In this document: positions 61,491 through 64,000 of the stretch, piece after piece | How the letters are laid out: every line of letters starts with the position of its first letter | Numbering within the stretch: position 1 is the stretch's first letter | NCBI RefSeq assembly: GCF_964355755.1 | Contig: NC_092677.1 | Location: 19,862,101 to 19,926,100 of the forward strand | Length of the DNA: 64,000 nucleotides | Direction of reading: 5' to 3' | Source of the DNA: Antedon mediterranea | Lineage: Eukaryota > Animalia > Echinodermata | Translations under genes and position numbers: made by a program | The notes under the pieces: generated by a model | What the model was told of the DNA's origin: nothing | Databases searched by the model: none | What the model saw: the letters and a program-made list of their open reading frames with translations, nothing else

Positions 61491-62576
61491 TAAACAAGTT
61501 TTATGAGTAATGAGATTTTATTAAAAATTTGGCAATATCAAGAGATCGTACACAGTCTGAGAGGGCAGAGCGAAGAGACTTATGGACTAAGCTAAAAGAG
61601 AGACAAGAGATGGGTGAAAAAGATTTAATTATTAGGAATGGCAACATTGTTAAAGGGTGTTTTCGCTCCTAATTATCGGATAGATACTGTACTACAGCTT
61701 AAGAAGAAATTTCTGTTGTTAATCAAAAAGAAATAATTTCTAAGAAAAAGTTAGACGAGAAGTAACTTATTAAAAAAGCTGAAATTAAGTTTATTTATTC
61801 GAACACCGATTCCTTACTGAATAAAAGAGAAGAGTTGCAAAGTATAACCAGACGTTGTTTTATTATGCGAGATTCTTCCTAAGCGTTCACTATCAGAAAT
61901 TCAGCATGAGGAATTATAAATAGAAGGTTTTTAGTTTTTTTGGTCAGGCAATACAGGAAGAGGTATTGGTATTTATGTTGAAGGTATACCTGTTTAATGA
62001 AGTAACTATTGGAAACTTTAAAGAATCAGTTTGTGTCGATCGTAAATTTAATAAAGATAACATTTTAGTAGTTAGTATTTACCTTAGCCCAAACAGCAAG
62101 GATAACAATACACTATTAAGAGAAATGCTCTTAAAAGCAGATAAATTGTCAAGAGACAACACAATTGTTATAGGAGATTTCAACTTTGGTAATAACGATT
62201 GGGAAAACTCTATAAATTTAGGTCGAGAACAACAAGAGAGTGCGCTATTTTTGGAAACTGTGGAAGACATATTTTGGACTCAATGTAAGAGAACCTACAA
62301 GAGTTCGTATAAATCAAGAAGCCATATTAGATTTAGTGTATCAAAGACTGAGAACGTAATTGATGATCTGGAAATATCCCCTCCTATTCGTAAAAGCGAC
62401 CATGTTGTTATTGTATTTAAATTGAGGATTAATGAGGGTATAAAGGAACATGAAATACCATGTATGAAGAATTATTATAAAGCCAATTACGATAAAATAA
62501 GGGAAGAGTTTTCAAATTTTAATATCAAAGAGGAATGTCTTGACGCAATGGGTGAAGAGATATCTCAAAAGATTGA

Positions 62577-63210
62577 ACAAGCACGAATGTGCGATACTCA
62601 GGGTACAGCAAAAGAAGCTGTAATGACGTCATAAGACCGGATCTAACGTCACATACACATCAATAACCTTTTTTTAAAAAAAACGTTTAATCCATTTAAA
62701 TTACAAATAAATATGGTAATAAGCACAAAGCAAAATAAACATGTGTAAAAGTGATAATTACTGATTACACAAAATAAGTATTTAAAAAAATAATAAAAAC
62801 AAGATATACTGTATATCATATTGCGTATACAGTACTTTTCACCATAAAGTTTAAGAAAAAAAAGGTTTCGCCCGGGCTCGAACCGGGGACCTTCTACGTG
62901 TACTGTTAAGCAGACGTGATAACCACTACGCCAAGAAGCCGCATATAACAACATAACGCTGTGGTGTGTGTCACATTGTGGCGTCCTAATTAAATAAATT
63001 AATTAACAAAAAAGCAAATTAAAAAATCCGGCTCTATAGCTTTGAGGACATGTCCCTGTAGTATATTCATGCCAAATCCCAGCTCAATACTACAACGAAT
63101 AAGGGAGGAGTAGTAGTTCATAAATCGCACTTTTTACTCAATAGTGTCCAGATGGAAGAAGAAGAGGAGAAGATGAATAAGTCCTAGACTCGGGTACCCC
63201 GAGTAAAAAG
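62577..63210 (-). mobile_element. HINE-like element carrying a tRNA-Val copy
   Basis: AACAAG-GCACGAATGTGC hairpin end, subTIRs TACTCAGGGTAC (~62596) and GTACCCCGAGTA (~63194), (GAA)n-like tract, A-run flank. Confidence 0.6.
62864..62940 (-). pseudogene. tRNA-Val (TAC-type) pseudogene with 5-nt insertion in the anticodon loop
   Basis: GGCTTCTTGGCGTAGTGGTTATCACGTCTGCTT[AACAG]TACACGTAGAAGGTCCCCGGTTCGAGCCCGGGCGAAACC followed by a T-run; D-arm and T-arm typical of eukaryotic tRNA-Val. Confidence 0.75.
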
Positions 63211-63617
63211 CTATCAATATATATGTTGAGAAATATGTGCCATTACGAAAAAAAAAGACTATAAATAGGAAGGAGTGGGTAAATATCGAGCTGAAAAAGG
63301 CGCTCAATCTAAAACATAAATTGTGGAACCGATTTAAAAAAAATGCAAGATGAAAATACATGAATAATTATGCTAAACAACAAAATTTTGTTACATGGTT
63401 AGTGAAGCAAGAAAAAAAGAGTTATGAAACTAAAATTGCCAAAGAAATATAAGTGAACCCTAAGAACTTTTGGAAATATGTACAAAGCAAAACGAAATCA
63501 AGACTAGATATTGCGTGTGTGAAGAATAATCTAGGTGAGATGGTGTCAGATGATTATGGGAAAGCAAAAGTGTTCAATAAAGCCTTTGCTTTGTTGTTTT
63601 TACGTTAGAGGACGTTC

Positions 63618-64000
63618 TTAACCCTTTCACTGCGGAGCATTATTCCCACTTCTGTGCGTAATGTATATTTAAGAAAAACATATGGTATTTTAATAAATTG
63701 CAAAAAAATACTAATTGAGATAATTGTGTAATTATTTTTGTGGTGTGTGATGGGCAAAGGGTTAGTCTACAGTTAGGTATAAAAAAAAAAGTAATTTGCA
63801 TATTGATGACGTCATGTGACGTCATTACAGGTATTTTGGATTTCGTGTTTTTTATCGAATCAATGATAAAAACTATATTTTCTATAAGAAATTCTTATGG
63901 AATACGTTTTTCCAACTGGATATTGATGAAGATACGTATAACAAATAAAAATTTAAAAAAAATTGAATTATTTTTATTGTTTTATAAAAATTATGCACAA
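63618..64000 (+). mobile_element. piggyBac-like element, left end
   Basis: TTAA|CCCTTT start interrupts the CR1 frame; other end is outside the window. Confidence 0.5.

Larger units (their letters stand above)
61520..63617 (+). mobile_element. Decayed CR1-type LINE (ORF1 end and ORF2 endonuclease), split by a HINE at 62577-63210
   Basis: RDRT..ER...GEKDLIIRNG; SIYLSPN, IVIGDFN, SDHVVI, YYKANY; NPKNFWKYV after the insertion. Confidence 0.8.

Noticed and set aside
62864-62940. Functional or intron-containing tRNA-Val
   Set aside because: The 5-nt insertion is too short for a tRNA intron and disrupts the anticodon loop; the acceptor stem is imperfect and the copy is inside a repeat
60316-64000. 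Upstream MRPL38 exons
   Set aside because: No exon with suitable splice sites and mL38-like sequence was found by eye; the region is TE-derived and the 5' exons are probably beyond the window

Overview
AT-rich animal (invertebrate-type, intron-rich) genomic DNA, not prokaryotic. Two spliced housekeeping genes on the minus strand can be rebuilt by hand with GT-AG junctions and continuous frame. One is the 5' part of TMX3 (ER thioredoxin/PDI family, WCGHC; 7 coding exons, 17677->1280, continues off the left edge). The other is the 3' part of MRPL38 (PEBP-family mitoribosomal protein; 6 coding exons, 60315->48586, starts beyond the right edge). Almost everything else is decayed or non-autonomous transposable elements, often nested: CR1/L2/RTE-type LINEs, Penelope remnants with hammerhead ribozymes, a DIRS/Ngaro-type tyrosine-recombinase retroelement, tRNA-derived SINEs, Helentron-associated (HINE/DINE-like) elements, and MULE-, Harbinger-, Academ-, Kolobok- and piggyBac-like DNA elements. 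The most striking signal is tiny insertions at TA sites (TA-CWG-TA, TA-GGCC-TA, TA-GCC-TA). Paralogous copies in this window show these are recent gains, and they pile up into tracts just after first exons. TE superfamily labels come from termini, TSDs and motifs read by eye, and TE boundaries without a TSD are approximate.
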